Shown piece after piece: positions 39,930 through 51,364 of a stretch of 64,000 nt of DNA. The notes below the pieces were generated by a model. It saw only the letters and a list, made by a program, of their open reading frames with translations. It searched no databases and was not told the origin of the DNA. Source of the DNA: Planctomycetota bacterium (GTDB lineage Bacteria; Planctomycetota; PLA2; JAEUHO01); the NCBI GenBank assembly GCA_050248855.1, contig JBFWRP010000021.1, positions 19,286 through 83,285 on the forward strand, in the 5' to 3' direction. Position 1 is the stretch's first letter; each line of letters starts with the position of its first letter. Position numbers and translations under genes: made by a program.

Positions 39930-40415
39930 TTACTTGACCGGGATCGCGCGGGCCTTCGCCTGCGCGCTCTTCGGCAGCCGGATCTGGAGGACGCCGTCCT
40001 TCATGTTGGCTTCGACGTGGTCGCTCTCGACGGACCGGGGAAGGGAGAGGGAGCGGACGAAGCGCCCGTAGCGCCGCTCGACGCAGCGGTAGTCGCGCTT
40101 CTTCTCGTCCTCCGACACCGACTTCTCGCCGGAGATCGTGAGGACGCCCTCCTCGATCTGGACCTTCACCTCGTTGCGGGACAGGCCCGGCAGCTCGACG
40201 TTGATCCAGACGTTCTCGGCGTCCTCGCTCATGTCGAGCGACGGCGAGAGCAGCGTGCCGTTCCCCTCGAGGCGGCGCCACGTGCTCCAGAAGTCGTCGA
40301 ACAGACGGCTGAACGAGCCGAGCGGGGCCGTCTGGGCGAGGGGCTCCCACGGGGAAAGCGGCGCCGGCAGCGCCGCCGCCTTGGTCTCGAGGGGAGGGGT
40401 CAAAGTCTTGGGCAT
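39930..40415 (-). CDS. Hsp20/alpha-crystallin small heat-shock protein
   Basis: ELPGL, LTISGEK, ERRYGRFVRSLSLP and DGVLQIRLPK motifs. Confidence 0.95.
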   Translation of the reverse strand: MPKTLTPPLETKAAALPAPLSPWEPLAQTAPLGSFSRLFDDFWSTWRRLEGNGTLLSPSLDMSEDAENVWINVELPGLSRNEVKVQIEEGVLTISGEKSVSEDEKKRDYRCVERRYGRFVRSLSLPRSVESDHVEANMKDGVLQIRLPKSAQAKARAIPVK

Positions 40416-40797
40416 CGGTACACACTCCTTCGGGTCCGGGCGGGACCCACAAGCACCTGGCACGCACGGACCGTTGCGAGCGGCGTGCCGAGATGCCGCC
40501 CGCGCGCGTGCGGCCCTGGCGTGCGTCGGCTGCGGACGCGTCCATGCACGCCCGCGGAATCCTCCGCGCTGCGACGCGGAGGGCTCGGGGTCGGGCCTCC
40601 CACTTGCCTCGCCCGCGCCGCAGGCGGCCGCGATCGTCTCGCAACCGCGGGCCGCGCGCCCCGGCAGCAGGCTGCCCGAAGCCAGCCGGGCGCTGGCTTC
40701 CTCGCGACATCTCGCTCGATCGCCAGCGACCCCGCGTCCGGTCCCGGCCCGCCTTCGTCCCTCGCGTGCACGCCGCTGCCGGCCCTATGCTCGTCCC

Positions 40798-41661
40798 GTG
40801 CGGAAGGCCCCCGACAACGAGCACGTCGCCTCCTTGCTCGAGGACATGGCCGACTTGCTCGAGGCCCAGGACGGAGACGTGTACCGGGTGCGGGCGTACC
40901 GCCGTGCCGCCGGGACGGTGAGGGCCGAGTCGCGGCCCCTGGCCCGCATCCTCGAGGAAGAGGGCCGCGGGGGCCTCGAGCGCCTTCCCGCGATCGGGAA
41001 GGGCATCGCCTCGGCGATCGAGGAGCTGGTGCACACCGGGCGCCTCGGCCTCTTCGAGCGGCTCAAGGGGCAGATCTCGCCCGAGGACCTGTTCACGACG
41101 GTCCCGGGCATCGGGGAGGAGCTTGCGCACCGGATCCACGAGGCGCTCGGGATCGAGACCCTGGAGGAGCTCGAGCTTGCCGCCCACGACGGCAGGCTCC
41201 AGACCGTGCCGGGGATGGGTCCCCGGCGCGCGCGGGCCGTGCGGGAGATCCTGGCCGCGGTCCTCAGCCGTTCGGCCCGGCGCCGGTCGCGCCGCATCGG
41301 CGGCGGCAGCCACCCCCCGGAGGAGCCTGACGTGGCCACGCTGCTCGACGTGGACGCCGAGTACCGCCGCCGGGCGGAGGCGGGGGAGCTGCGCACGATC
41401 GCGCCGCGACGCTTCAACCCGGCAGGGGAGGCCTGGCTCCCCGTGCTCCATACGACGCGGGGACCGTGGGCCTTCACGGCGCTCTTCTCGAACACCGCGC
41501 GCGCGCACCAGGCCCGGGCGACCCACGACTGGGTCGTCCTCTACTTCGAGCGCGACGGCGAGGAGGGCCAGTGCACGGTCGTCACGGAGACCCGCGGGCC
41601 CCAAGCCGGGCAGCGGGTCGTCCGCGGCCGCGAGCGGGCGGGCCCGCCGCTTGCTGGGTAG
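40798..41661 (+). CDS. Helix-hairpin-helix protein resembling the PolX N-terminus (no polymerase core)
   Basis: YRVRAYRRAA, LPAIGKGIA, VPGIGEELA and VPGMGPRR; C-terminal PRRFNP...FSNTARAH domain. Confidence 0.85.
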   Translation: MRKAPDNEHVASLLEDMADLLEAQDGDVYRVRAYRRAAGTVRAESRPLARILEEEGRGGLERLPAIGKGIASAIEELVHTGRLGLFERLKGQISPEDLFTTVPGIGEELAHRIHEALGIETLEELELAAHDGRLQTVPGMGPRRARAVREILAAVLSRSARRRSRRIGGGSHPPEEPDVATLLDVDAEYRRRAEAGELRTIAPRRFNPAGEAWLPVLHTTRGPWAFTALFSNTARAHQARATHDWVVLYFERDGEEGQCTVVTETRGPQAGQRVVRGRERAGPPLAG

Positions 41662-41692
41662 CCGGACCGGGCAGCGAGCATCGGAGCCCGTC

Positions 41693-43693
41693 ATGATCGC
41701 TTCCGTCACGGAACGGGTGCGGATGGTCGAGCGCCAGATCGAGGCGCGCGGCGTGCGCGACACCCGCGTGCTGGCCGCGATGCGGGAGATCCCCCGCGAG
41801 GACTTCGTGCCGGAGGGGATGCGCGAGTTCGCCTACGAGGACGCGCCCCTGCCGATCGAGGAGGGCCAGACCATCTCGCAGCCCTACCTGGTGGCGCTGA
41901 TGGTCGAGGCCCTCCGCCTCGGTCCGGAGGACCGCGTGCTGGAGGTCGGCGCGGGCTCGGGCTACGCGGCCGCGGTGCTGGGCCGCATCGCGCGCGAGGT
42001 GTTCGCGATCGAGCGCCATGCGAGCCTCGCGACGCGCGCGCAGGAGCGCGTCCGGAGCCTCGGCTACGAGAACGTGGACGTCGTGCTCGGCGACGGCACG
42101 CTCGGACTTCCCGCCCAGGCGCCCTTCGACGCGATCGTCGTGGCCGCGGGCGGCCCGTCCGTACCCGACGCCCTCCTGCGCCAGCTTGCGATCGGCGGCC
42201 GCCTCGTGATTCCGGTCGGGGACGAGCTCCGCAGCCAGGAGCTCGTCCGCGTGACGCGGACGGGGGAGCACCGGTTCGAGCGCGAGACCCTGGGGCGCGT
42301 GCGCTTCGTGCCGCTCATCGGGAGCGGGGGGTGGGCATTGGACGGTGCTCCCGTCTCGGCGCACCGCGCGCCCCCGCCCCTCCTCGTCCTGCCGCCGAAG
42401 CGGAGGCGCCTGGGCCACCTCGTCGCGCAGCATGCGGAGCCCTTCGCGGAGATCGAGGAGGCCGACCTCGGGCCCCTGCTCGAGCGGATCGGGGACGCCC
42501 GCGTCGTGCTCCTCGGCGAAGCGACGCACGGAACCTCCGAGTTCTACCGGATGCGCGCGCGCGTCACGCAGGCCCTGATCGGCGAACGCGGGTTCGGCGC
42601 CGTCTGCATCGAGGGGGACTGGCCCGACGCACGCGCGATCGACCGCTACGTGCGCGAGCACGGCGGCCCGCCGCTCGAGACCTCAGCCTTCTCCCGCTTC
42701 CCGACCTGGATGTGGCGCAACCGCGAGACGCGCGGCTTCGTGGACTGGCTCGCAGCGTACAACGCCGGGAGCGACGAGCCGGTCAGCGTGCACGGGCTCG
42801 ACCTCTACTCGCTGTACCGCTCGATCGAGGTCGTGCTCGAGTACCTCGATCGAGTGGACCCGGCGGCCGCCGACGCAGCCCGCGTACGGTACGGGTGCCT
42901 CTCGCCCTGGCAGATGGACCCCGCCATGTACGGTCGCGCCGCCGCGTCGCGGCGCATCGCCGGCTGCGAGCAGGAGGTCGTGGCGACGCTCACGGACCTG
43001 CTGCAGCGGCGGTCGGCCTACGTCGCCCGCGACGGGGAGTCGTTCTTCGACGCGGAGCGCAACGCGGCGGTAGTCCGCGGCGCGGAACGCTACTACCGGA
43101 TCATGTACCACGGCTCGCGCGACTCCTGGAACCTGCGCGACCAGCACATGTTCGAGACGCTCCGGGCCGTGCTCGAGCACCGCGGGCCGGGCGCGAAGGC
43201 CGTCGTCTGGGCCCACAACTCGCACGTCGGCGACGCCCGCGCGACCGAGATGGCCGCACGCGGGGAGCTCAACATCGGCCAGCTCGCGCGCCAGGCCTTC
43301 GGCAGGGACGCCTACCTCGTCGGATTCGGAACGGACCATGGAACCGTCGCCGCGGCATCGAACTGGGGTGATCCCGTGGAGATCAAGTCCGTGCGCCCGG
43401 CGCATCCGGACAGCTACGAGCGGATCTGCCACGAGAGCCGGATCCCGGCGTTCCTGCTGCCGCTGCGCGCGCCCGCGTCTGCGGACATGCGGGAGGAGCT
43501 TGGGGACCCGCGTCTGGAGCGGGCGATCGGGGTGATCTACCGCCCGGAGACGGAGCTCCTGAGCCACTACTTCCAAGCCGTTCTCCCCGTCCAGTTCGAC
43601 GAGTATGTCTGGTTCGACTCGACGCGCGCGGTCGAACCTCTCGAGGCGCACGAGCTGGCCGACGTCCCGGAGACCTACCCGTTCGGCCTCTGA
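41693..43693 (+). CDS. pcm: Protein-L-isoaspartate O-methyltransferase fused to an erythromycin-esterase-family domain
   Basis: QTISQPY, VLEVGAGSGY and VRFVPL, then LLGEATHGTSEFY, WAHNSHVGD and ERAIGVIY. Confidence 0.93.
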   Translation: MIASVTERVRMVERQIEARGVRDTRVLAAMREIPREDFVPEGMREFAYEDAPLPIEEGQTISQPYLVALMVEALRLGPEDRVLEVGAGSGYAAAVLGRIAREVFAIERHASLATRAQERVRSLGYENVDVVLGDGTLGLPAQAPFDAIVVAAGGPSVPDALLRQLAIGGRLVIPVGDELRSQELVRVTRTGEHRFERETLGRVRFVPLIGSGGWALDGAPVSAHRAPPPLLVLPPKRRRLGHLVAQHAEPFAEIEEADLGPLLERIGDARVVLLGEATHGTSEFYRMRARVTQALIGERGFGAVCIEGDWPDARAIDRYVREHGGPPLETSAFSRFPTWMWRNRETRGFVDWLAAYNAGSDEPVSVHGLDLYSLYRSIEVVLEYLDRVDPAAADAARVRYGCLSPWQMDPAMYGRAAASRRIAGCEQEVVATLTDLLQRRSAYVARDGESFFDAERNAAVVRGAERYYRIMYHGSRDSWNLRDQHMFETLRAVLEHRGPGAKAVVWAHNSHVGDARATEMAARGELNIGQLARQAFGRDAYLVGFGTDHGTVAAASNWGDPVEIKSVRPAHPDSYERICHESRIPAFLLPLRAPASADMREELGDPRLERAIGVIYRPETELLSHYFQAVLPVQFDEYVWFDSTRAVEPLEAHELADVPETYPFGL

Positions 43694-44158
43694 TCCCGGC
43701 GTTCCGCATGGAGGGCGGCCGCGGCGCGTGTACCGCGCTCGCACGCTCGGACCCGGGTCACCACCGTGCACGACGACACGGTGGCCACGCGCACGCCCGT
43801 GCCGGCGCACAGCCGCACGCGCCCCACGTTCGAAGGCCTTGACGTACCCAACGAGGCCGCCGACCGACGCCGGGTCCGGTGCGCCTTCACCGCCGACCGG
43901 CGCGGGAGCCTTCCCGAAGCTGACCGCCGACGTCCGCCGGAGGAGGGCCGGCGGTTGCCGGATGGGGTGCTCCCCGCTGCGGGTTCTTCCACGTCCGCCG
44001 TGGATTCTCCCGCGACCTGCCCGGCCGCGGACACGCGCTGCCGCGCACGACCCCGCCTCCTGGGGCGCGGCCACCACGGGTGCGTCTTGGGCACACCGTT
44101 CGCCTGTTTGCACCTCGCTCGCCCGCACGACGTGTCGGCGCGCGAAGGGAGTTCTCCC

Positions 44159-46051
44159 ATGCGACACCTGGCTTTCCTGGGAACCCGGACGGTTTTCCTC
44201 CTCGGTGTGCTGGTCGCGGCCGCGCTGGTCAACGGCTGCGGCAGCGGCGGTGGCAGCGACCCTGACTCACCTCCGGTCATCGGCACGCCGGCTGTCGAAT
44301 CACTCAGTGCCGGCGACGGCCAAGTGGAGGTCAGCTGGTCCTTCGTCCCCGGCGTGGACGGCTACAACGTCTACTGGTCACCCGGTAGCATCTTCGACGC
44401 GGACGCAGCCCAGGTCGCCCTGGGCGTCCTCGACCACGAGTACACCATCGCCGGCCTGGAGGCCGGCGGCAGCTACACGGTGTGCATCGCAGGGACCATC
44501 GGCACGGCGGAAGGCCCCCTGTCGGCGCCTGCTGCGATCATCCTGCCGCCCGGCGCGCCCAGCGTCGTGTCGGCGACGTCCACCTCCACCGTCATCGTCG
44601 TGGAGTGGACCGATGTCCCGAGCGCGACGAGCTACGACGTCTATCGGAGCCTGAGCCCCGACGTGTCGACAGCCACCGGGGAGCGGTTCTCGGGCGTGAG
44701 CTCACCCTTCTCCGATCCGGCGATGCCCGGCACCATGTACTACTACATCGTGGTCGCCGTCGGGGCGGGCGGTTCCGGTCGTCCCTCGGCCACCGTGGCC
44801 GGGGAGGTCGAGGTGGTGCTGGGGGCGCCTACGAACCTGACGGTGGCCGTGCCGGAAGAGGCCCCTGGATCGCTCCTGATCACATGGGACGCACCACTCG
44901 ATGGTGAGCCCGACTCCTACAACCTGTACTTCTCGACCTCGCCGGGCGTCACGACCGCGGACGACGTGATCGAAGGAGCCGTATCGCCCTACATCCACAC
45001 CGGCCTCCTGGGTCGCACGTCGTACTACTACCGCGTGGCGGGCGTCGTCTCGGGCGTTGTCGGTCCGCTGTCCGCCGAGGCGTCCGGCATGCCGCGCGGC
45101 AGTCCGGGCGGCGGAGGCAGCGGCGGAGGCGGAGGCGGAGGCGGAGGCGGAGGCGGAGGCCATGAGGAGGGGTTCGGCAACAACCTCGCCGTGCCGCTCG
45201 TCTTCGCCGAGGGCTACGGGCTCGGAGGAGCGCAGATCACCGGAGTGGACTGGCAGGATTTCGCGACCGGGCTCCGTCCGCTCTCCAGTGAGGGCGTCGT
45301 GGCCCTCCCCGTGCTCGACCCCGCGACGGCCGTCGAGATCAACAACATGACCGTGTACCCGCAGCAGACAGTGAGCACGTGGCAGGCGGCTTGGCGCAAC
45401 GGCGAGGGCGAGGTCCAGCACGTGATCGTGGATTGGGGCGACAACCTCCGCAGTGCACAGATCACGGCGGACTCCGTCGTCCGCGTCGAGACCGTGCTGT
45501 ACCGGGACGTGCCGGATGACCCGATGATGGCGGTCGAGATGGTGCCGCTGGGCGGCACGGGTTCCGACGAGGCTTGGGGCACCCCCAACGGCGTTGCGGT
45601 CGTGGAGTCCGCCCGTCGCCACGTGTTCGCGCTGACCGGCCGGCTGACGCTCACGAAGCTCCTCGGGGAGGGCGGCGCCCCCGATCCCGCCGTGACGCCC
45701 ATCAGCGTCTCGGTGGCCGAGGGCCTCGGTGAGGAGGAAGGGTCGCATGCCGCTCCCGGCGGTGGCGGCGGCGGCGGCGGTGGCGGTGGCGGGGCGCCGA
45801 TGCGCTTCGGCCTCGAGATCAACGTCGCGGGCAAGGGCGTGTACGGGTTCGTGTGGATGCTGCGGAAGTCGGGAATCCCCGAGCTCGACCGCGCGGGCTG
45901 GTGGAAGGCCACCTTCTCCTTGGATGCAACGGCGAACGTCGGCTCGGCGACGATCTCCAACAACACGCGACTTGACGGGACTGACGCTTCAGATCCGGCG
46001 GCCGTCCTCGACAGCGACACGTCCTGCTCGATCGAGTTCCTGATCGAGTAG
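44159..46051 (+). CDS. Fibronectin type III repeat lipoprotein with poly-Gly linkers and an unknown C-terminal domain
   Basis: Lipobox VNGC, three FN3-like repeats (YNVYW, YDVYR, YNLYF, YYY) and two poly-Gly tracts. Confidence 0.82.
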   Translation: MRHLAFLGTRTVFLLGVLVAAALVNGCGSGGGSDPDSPPVIGTPAVESLSAGDGQVEVSWSFVPGVDGYNVYWSPGSIFDADAAQVALGVLDHEYTIAGLEAGGSYTVCIAGTIGTAEGPLSAPAAIILPPGAPSVVSATSTSTVIVVEWTDVPSATSYDVYRSLSPDVSTATGERFSGVSSPFSDPAMPGTMYYYIVVAVGAGGSGRPSATVAGEVEVVLGAPTNLTVAVPEEAPGSLLITWDAPLDGEPDSYNLYFSTSPGVTTADDVIEGAVSPYIHTGLLGRTSYYYRVAGVVSGVVGPLSAEASGMPRGSPGGGGSGGGGGGGGGGGGGHEEGFGNNLAVPLVFAEGYGLGGAQITGVDWQDFATGLRPLSSEGVVALPVLDPATAVEINNMTVYPQQTVSTWQAAWRNGEGEVQHVIVDWGDNLRSAQITADSVVRVETVLYRDVPDDPMMAVEMVPLGGTGSDEAWGTPNGVAVVESARRHVFALTGRLTLTKLLGEGGAPDPAVTPISVSVAEGLGEEEGSHAAPGGGGGGGGGGGGAPMRFGLEINVAGKGVYGFVWMLRKSGIPELDRAGWWKATFSLDATANVGSATISNNTRLDGTDASDPAAVLDSDTSCSIEFLIE

Positions 46052-46712
46052 TGGTCCTCTCTCCCTGGACGACACACCCCATCGGCGCGCCCTCCGGGGC
46101 GCGCCGATTCGCTGAAGCGCGGAGCTCGCCGACGCGAAGCGGTCTTGCCACCCGGGCCGGCTCGGGCGACCTGGTGCAGACCCCATCCCCACGGGGCGAA
46201 GCCCAGCGGGGGGACCCGCTCCCGTCTTCGCCTCGGCGCGCAGCACGCGGTCGGAGCGTTCCTGACGGGACAGCCCGCCGGTGCGCGCAGGTCCTGGTCA
46301 GGGCCAGGTCTCGGCGCATGCTCCCCGGGGTGAGCGGGCGTCGTGGATTGCGCCGACTGCGCGTACGTGAGGGGTCCCTCGCGGTCTGGTCGATCAGGGC
46401 CCTGCCACCATGGGGGCTGCGCGGGCAGGACCCCCACCGCGCCCCCTCTTCGACGAGAAGCCAGCGTGGCAGGCGTTGGCGTGCGATGGAGCAGCATCGC
46501 CGGATCCGGAGCCTCTCGCCGCACGGGGTGACGCCCGATCGGACGTGGCCAGCAGCGACGGCGTGAGCGATGCGCCCGCGCGCCACGCGGCGCAGGTCGA
46601 CGCCCCCCGTCCGTACGAAGGGAGCCGCGGGCTCCGGCGGGCACGCTCTCGCGTGGCCCCAACGACTCGCGCCTGCCTCCGGATGACCGGGACGCAGATG
46701 TATCTTGGCAAC

Positions 46713-47423
46713 ATGTCCGCTTTGCCGCTCTATCGCGCCCGAAGCCTGGCGAAGAGCTACCGTACCGGAGCGGTTGAAGTGCATGCCCTTCGCGGCGTGG
46801 ATCTCGACATCTCCGCCGGTGAGTCCCTCGTCATCCTGGGCCCGAGCGGATCCGGCAAGAGCACGCTCCTGCACATGCTGGGGGGGATGGATCGCCCGTC
46901 CTCAGGCACGCTCCACTTCCACGACACGGACCTCACCACCCTCGACGCGGCCGAGCTGACGCAGTTCCGCCGACGCCACGTCGGGTTCGTGTTCCAGCTC
47001 TACAACCTGGTCCCGAGCCTCACGGCCCTCGAGAACGTCGCGCTTGCGGCTGATGTCGCCCGCACGCCGCGCAATCCCCGTGACATGCTTGCCCTCGTCG
47101 GGCTGGAGGAGCGGGCAGATCACTTCCCCGCACAGCTCTCCGGCGGAGAACAGCAGCGCGTGGCCATTGCCCGGGGCGTCGTGAAGGCGCCAGAGGTCCT
47201 GCTCTGCGACGAACCAACGGGAGCACTCGACTACGAAACAGGCGTCCGCGTGCTGGAGGTTCTCCAGCAGGTCAACCATGACCTCGGCACGACGCTCGTG
47301 ATCATCACACACAACGCCGTGATCGGGGAGACGGCGAGTCGCGTCATCCACATGAGCTCGGGGCGGATCGACATGATCCGCGAGGTCTCCGAACCGCGAA
47401 GTCCGCGCGAGATCGCCTGGTGA
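46713..47423 (+). CDS. ABC transporter ATP-binding protein (MacB/LolD-like)
   Basis: [18 protein letters not shown] and DEPTGALD motifs. Confidence 0.96.
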   Translation: MSALPLYRARSLAKSYRTGAVEVHALRGVDLDISAGESLVILGPSGSGKSTLLHMLGGMDRPSSGTLHFHDTDLTTLDAAELTQFRRRHVGFVFQLYNLVPSLTALENVALAADVARTPRNPRDMLALVGLEERADHFPAQLSGGEQQRVAIARGVVKAPEVLLCDEPTGALDYETGVRVLEVLQQVNHDLGTTLVIITHNAVIGETASRVIHMSSGRIDMIREVSEPRSPREIAW

Positions 47424-49792
47424 TGCGGGCCCTCGACCGCAAGCTCGTCCGAGACCTCTTGGCAATGCGCAGTCAAGTACTCGCACTTGTCGCGATCATC
47501 GCATGTGGCGTGGCCAGTCTCGTGACCATGTTCACCGCATACCGCGGTCTCGGTGCCTCCCGAGATGCCTACTTCGGACAGTACCGCATGGCGGACGTGT
47601 TCGCTCCGATCGAACGCGCTCCGCGATCGGTCATCCGTGAGCTCGAGCTCATTCCGGGAGTGTGCCAAGCAGAAGGTCGCATCGTCTTCGACGTCACCGT
47701 CGACGTCGAGAAGCTCCCGGAACCCGTCTCGGGACGTGCCCTCTCCGTGCCCGATGCCGAGCGCCCGAAGCTGAACGACCTCCACATGACGGGAGGATCG
47801 TGGTTCGAGGGCGCCGGTATCGGGGAGGTGATCGTCGCTGACGCCTTCGCTCGCGCGCATTCACTCCAGGTCGGCGACCAGATCGGCGTGATCCTGAACG
47901 ACCGCAAGGCCGCCCTGCGGATTGTTGGGACCGCGCTGAGTCCGGAGTTCGTCTACCTGATCCGTGGCATCGGCGACGTGCTGCCCAACGCCAATCAGTT
48001 CACGGTCCTCTGGCTCAGCACGAGCTTTGCCGAGTCCGCGTTCGGATTCCGCGAGGCTGTCAACGACGTCGTCGCAACCCTGGACGACGGCGCCCGCCAA
48101 GAGGATGTCATCGACGAGCTCGACGCGCATCTCGAGCGGTTTGGAGCACTGGGCGCGTACGGCCGCGAAGCCCAGCTGTCCACGCGGTACCTCGCCGAGG
48201 AGCTCCGCGGGCTCGAGAGCTCCACCTTGGTCACGCCCGCCATCTTCCTGGGTGTCGCGGCCTTCGTGCTCTACGTGCTGCTGAGCCGCTTGGTCAGCAC
48301 GCAGCGGACCCAGATCGCGCTCATGAGGGCAATCGGTTACACGGCGATCGACGTCTCGATCCACTACCTGGCATTCGGACTGCTCGTCGGCGTGCTCGGA
48401 GGCGTGCTTGGCCTGCTTCTGGGCATCGTGTTTGCCCATGGCGTGCTCGGGCTCTACCAGGAGTTCTTCCAGTTCCCCGTCCTGCGCCTCCCCGTCGACG
48501 GGACGGTATCCGCGCTGGGCCTGCTCGCCAGCATGACCGCCGCGGCGCTTGGCGCCGTCGTGCCCGCCTACAGGGTTCTCCGTCTCGATCCGGCGGATGG
48601 CCTGCGGCCCGAGGCGCCCACCGTGTACGGGCGCACGCTCGTGGAGCGCGTGCGTCCCTTGTGGCAGGGCATGGGCTTGGTGGGCCGCATGGTGCTCCGG
48701 CATGTGACGCGGACGCCGGTCCGCGCGCTGGTCACCGCCTTCGGGGGCGTTCTGGCCACTGCGGTCCTGATCGTCTCTGCCTGGGTCTACGACGCATGGG
48801 AAGATCTCCTGGACGCGCAGTACCGCTTGGTGGAGCGCCAGGACGTCCGCATCCTGCTGCACGGCGAGCATGGTCGGGACGCGCTGCAAGACGTGCGTCG
48901 CCTTGTCGGCGTCTTGTCGGCAGAACCCGAGCTGATCGTTCCCGTGGAGCTCGTCTGCGGAGTACGGCACGAGCGGACCGCCATCACGGGCCTGTCGGCG
49001 GACCACGAGCTGCTCGGTCTCGTGGATCGCAGTCTGCGGGCCGTCAGTCTTCCCGCGGAAGGACTGCTCCTGTCCAGCAAGCTGGCGGACACGCTTGGCG
49101 TCCATGCCGGGGAGGTCGTACACGTGCGCGTCCTGCGCGGGGAGCGGCGGACCTTCGATGCCATCGTGACGGCCACGGTCGACGAGTACCTGGGCGTGTT
49201 TGCGTACGCCGAGATCGGGCTGCTCTCCCGTTGGCTCGACGAATCCTTCGCCATGAACGGTGCGCGTCTGCGGGTCGATCCGAGCCAGGCCGCGGCCCTT
49301 GGCCGCGAGCTGAAGAACACGCCGGGTGTTGCCGCGGTCGCCTTCAAGCGGGAGACGTTGGCAGCATTCCGTGCCACGGCCGAGCGATCGCAGAAGATCA
49401 TGGGTGTCGTCTTGGTGCTGTTCGCTGGAGTCATTGCCTTCGGAGTCATCTACAACACGGCGCGCATCTCCCTGGCGTCGCGGCAGCGGGAGATCGGGTC
49501 GCTGCTCGTGCTGGGCTACTCGACGGGTGAGGCGTCAGCCCTGATCGCGGGCGAGAGTCTCTTGCTGACCGCGTTGGGCCTGCTCCCCGGCATCGCGGTG
49601 GGCGCGTGGTGGTCCGGACTTCTGGCGCGGGCCTATGAGACGGACCTGTACCGCATGCCTTTCACGATCCGGGCAGACACGGTGCTCGAAGCCGCGGCCT
49701 TGGTCGTCGTGTTCGCGGTGTTGGCCAATGCCCTCGTGCTGCGCAGGTTGCGGCAGGCGAACCTGATCGAGATCCTGAAGACCCGGGAGTGA
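47420..49792 (+). CDS. ABC transporter permease (FtsX/MacB-type, duplicated)
   Basis: [15 protein letters not shown] and two periplasmic-plus-TM halves. Confidence 0.93.
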   Translation: MMRALDRKLVRDLLAMRSQVLALVAIIACGVASLVTMFTAYRGLGASRDAYFGQYRMADVFAPIERAPRSVIRELELIPGVCQAEGRIVFDVTVDVEKLPEPVSGRALSVPDAERPKLNDLHMTGGSWFEGAGIGEVIVADAFARAHSLQVGDQIGVILNDRKAALRIVGTALSPEFVYLIRGIGDVLPNANQFTVLWLSTSFAESAFGFREAVNDVVATLDDGARQEDVIDELDAHLERFGALGAYGREAQLSTRYLAEELRGLESSTLVTPAIFLGVAAFVLYVLLSRLVSTQRTQIALMRAIGYTAIDVSIHYLAFGLLVGVLGGVLGLLLGIVFAHGVLGLYQEFFQFPVLRLPVDGTVSALGLLASMTAAALGAVVPAYRVLRLDPADGLRPEAPTVYGRTLVERVRPLWQGMGLVGRMVLRHVTRTPVRALVTAFGGVLATAVLIVSAWVYDAWEDLLDAQYRLVERQDVRILLHGEHGRDALQDVRRLVGVLSAEPELIVPVELVCGVRHERTAITGLSADHELLGLVDRSLRAVSLPAEGLLLSSKLADTLGVHAGEVVHVRVLRGERRTFDAIVTATVDEYLGVFAYAEIGLLSRWLDESFAMNGARLRVDPSQAAALGRELKNTPGVAAVAFKRETLAAFRATAERSQKIMGVVLVLFAGVIAFGVIYNTARISLASRQREIGSLLVLGYSTGEASALIAGESLLLTALGLLPGIAVGAWWSGLLARAYETDLYRMPFTIRADTVLEAAALVVVFAVLANALVLRRLRQANLIEILKTRE

Positions 49793-51117
49793 CCATGCGG
49801 CGTCGCGTTGTCTGGATCGTTCTGCTGGCCGCCATCGGGACGGGCGCCTGGCTCGTCGCACGCCGTAGGCCCGTCGCCGTCGTGACGGGGCAGGTCGTGC
49901 GCGGGGACATCCGGGGCGTTGTCAGCGAGGACGGGCGCGCAGAGGTCCTGGAGCGGTTCGTGGTGTCGGCGCCCCTGTCCGGTCGGCTGCTACGTGTCCG
50001 GGTGATGCCGGGCGATGCCGTCGAGCTCGGCGATCACGTGGCGGAGATGGATCCTGTGCCTCTCCGGAGCAGCATCGAGGAGATCAACGCACGGATGCGG
50101 GCCTTGCAGCGCCGGATTGCGGGGGTTGACACGAAACGTCCCAAGGTGGAGGAGATCGAGCGGGCCCGTGTGCTCGAGGCGACGGCGGATGAGGCTCTTG
50201 CCGTCGAGCGCAGCGAGCTCGGCCGCATGGTCGCCGAGCAGGAGCACCTCGAGAACGAGCACGCACGATTCCGGGAGCTCGCCCGCTCCCGGACCGTGTC
50301 ACCCTCCGAGCTGGAGCTCGCCGCAACCAAAGCCGAGCAGTCGCGGCAGCAGACCCGAGCTCAAGAAGTGCGTGTCCGCATCCGTGAGCTGGCGATCACG
50401 ATCGCGCGCCTCGAGCGCAGCGTGCTCGAGCGGCGCGCCGAAGACTACGAGTGGGAGAAGGACGTATACAAGGAAGAGATCTCCGCGCTGCAAGCGACGC
50501 TGACCAGCCTCGAGGCTGATCTGGAGAGGACGCGGATCGACGCACCTGCGACGGGTACGGTGCTTGCCGTGTACCGGGAGAGCGAGCAGTTCGTCGCGGC
50601 GGGCGAACCCATCCTCGAGGTGGGGAACCTGGAGCAGCTGCGCATCCTGGCTGAGTTCTTGTCTGACGATGCCATGCGCATGCAAGAGGGGATGCCCGCC
50701 GAGATCCACGTGCAGGACGTAGGCGGCAAGCCGCGAACCGGTCGAGTGACCCGCATCCATCCCCGTGCGTTCAAGAAGATCTCATCACTCGGCGTCGAGC
50801 AGCAGCGCGTCCTGGTCGAGATCGGCTTTGATGCGCGAGGTAGCGGCCTCGGCGATGGGTACCGCGTGCCGGTCGGCGTGATCCTCGAAGCCCGCGAGGA
50901 CGTGGTGGTCGTCCCCGAGTCCGCGCTGATCCGGGACTCCGAGAAGATGTACGTCCTGCGCATCGAGCACGGACGCGCACGGCAGGTCGAGGTGCGGACC
51001 GGGCTGCGTGATGGACGCAGGCGCGAGGTCCTGGCCGGACTGCGTCCAGGTGACCACGTCGTCCTTCACCCAGGCGATGCGGTCGTCGATGGCGATAGCG
51101 TGCGCGAGCTGCAATGA
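49789..51117 (+). CDS. HlyD/MacA-type periplasmic adaptor
   Basis: N-terminal anchor, coiled coil and KISSLGVEQQRV. Confidence 0.92.
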   Translation: MTMRRRVVWIVLLAAIGTGAWLVARRRPVAVVTGQVVRGDIRGVVSEDGRAEVLERFVVSAPLSGRLLRVRVMPGDAVELGDHVAEMDPVPLRSSIEEINARMRALQRRIAGVDTKRPKVEEIERARVLEATADEALAVERSELGRMVAEQEHLENEHARFRELARSRTVSPSELELAATKAEQSRQQTRAQEVRVRIRELAITIARLERSVLERRAEDYEWEKDVYKEEISALQATLTSLEADLERTRIDAPATGTVLAVYRESEQFVAAGEPILEVGNLEQLRILAEFLSDDAMRMQEGMPAEIHVQDVGGKPRTGRVTRIHPRAFKKISSLGVEQQRVLVEIGFDARGSGLGDGYRVPVGVILEAREDVVVVPESALIRDSEKMYVLRIEHGRARQVEVRTGLRDGRRREVLAGLRPGDHVVLHPGDAVVDGDSVRELQ

Positions 51118-51179
51118 CACGACCGCGTCGCCACGCTGGGCTCGGCAGACCCCGGCCGGTCCGCGTCCGACTCTCGGTG

Positions 51180-51265
51180 GGGGAGTACGGAGAGGGGAGT
51201 ACGGAGTGCGGGCAAATCCCATGGATTAGTGCGAAACGTGCATGAGACTTGCCCGCACTCGGTAG
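51180..51265. repeat. Direct repeat GGGGAGTACGGAG x2 plus a hairpin with GTACGGAGTGCGGGCAA arms
   Basis: Tandem repeat at 51180-51206; inverted arms spanning 51199-51265. Confidence 0.65.
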
Positions 51266-51277
51266 CCCTGGCTATGG

Positions 51278-51306
51278 CGTGGATCGACAGGTCTGGGTGC
51301 ACGTCG
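51278..51306 (+). repeat. 29-bp direct repeat, copy 1 (element-end sequence)
   Basis: CGTGGATCGACAGGTCTGGGTGCACGTCG is identical at 56748-56776. Confidence 0.9.
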
Positions 51307-51364
51307 CCGCACGCGGGCGCGCCAATGGCTGGTCGGGCCGCCGCCCGGGGCTGGCGCGAGGGCC

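Noticed and set aside
43700..44150. Possible gene or N-terminal extension upstream of the FN3 lipoprotein
   Set aside because: No recognisable motif in any frame. The lipoprotein signal and RBS support a start at 44159.
46055..46700. Possible small genes in the 650-bp gap before the ABC transporter
   Set aside because: The candidate ORFs lack an RBS, typical composition or motifs.
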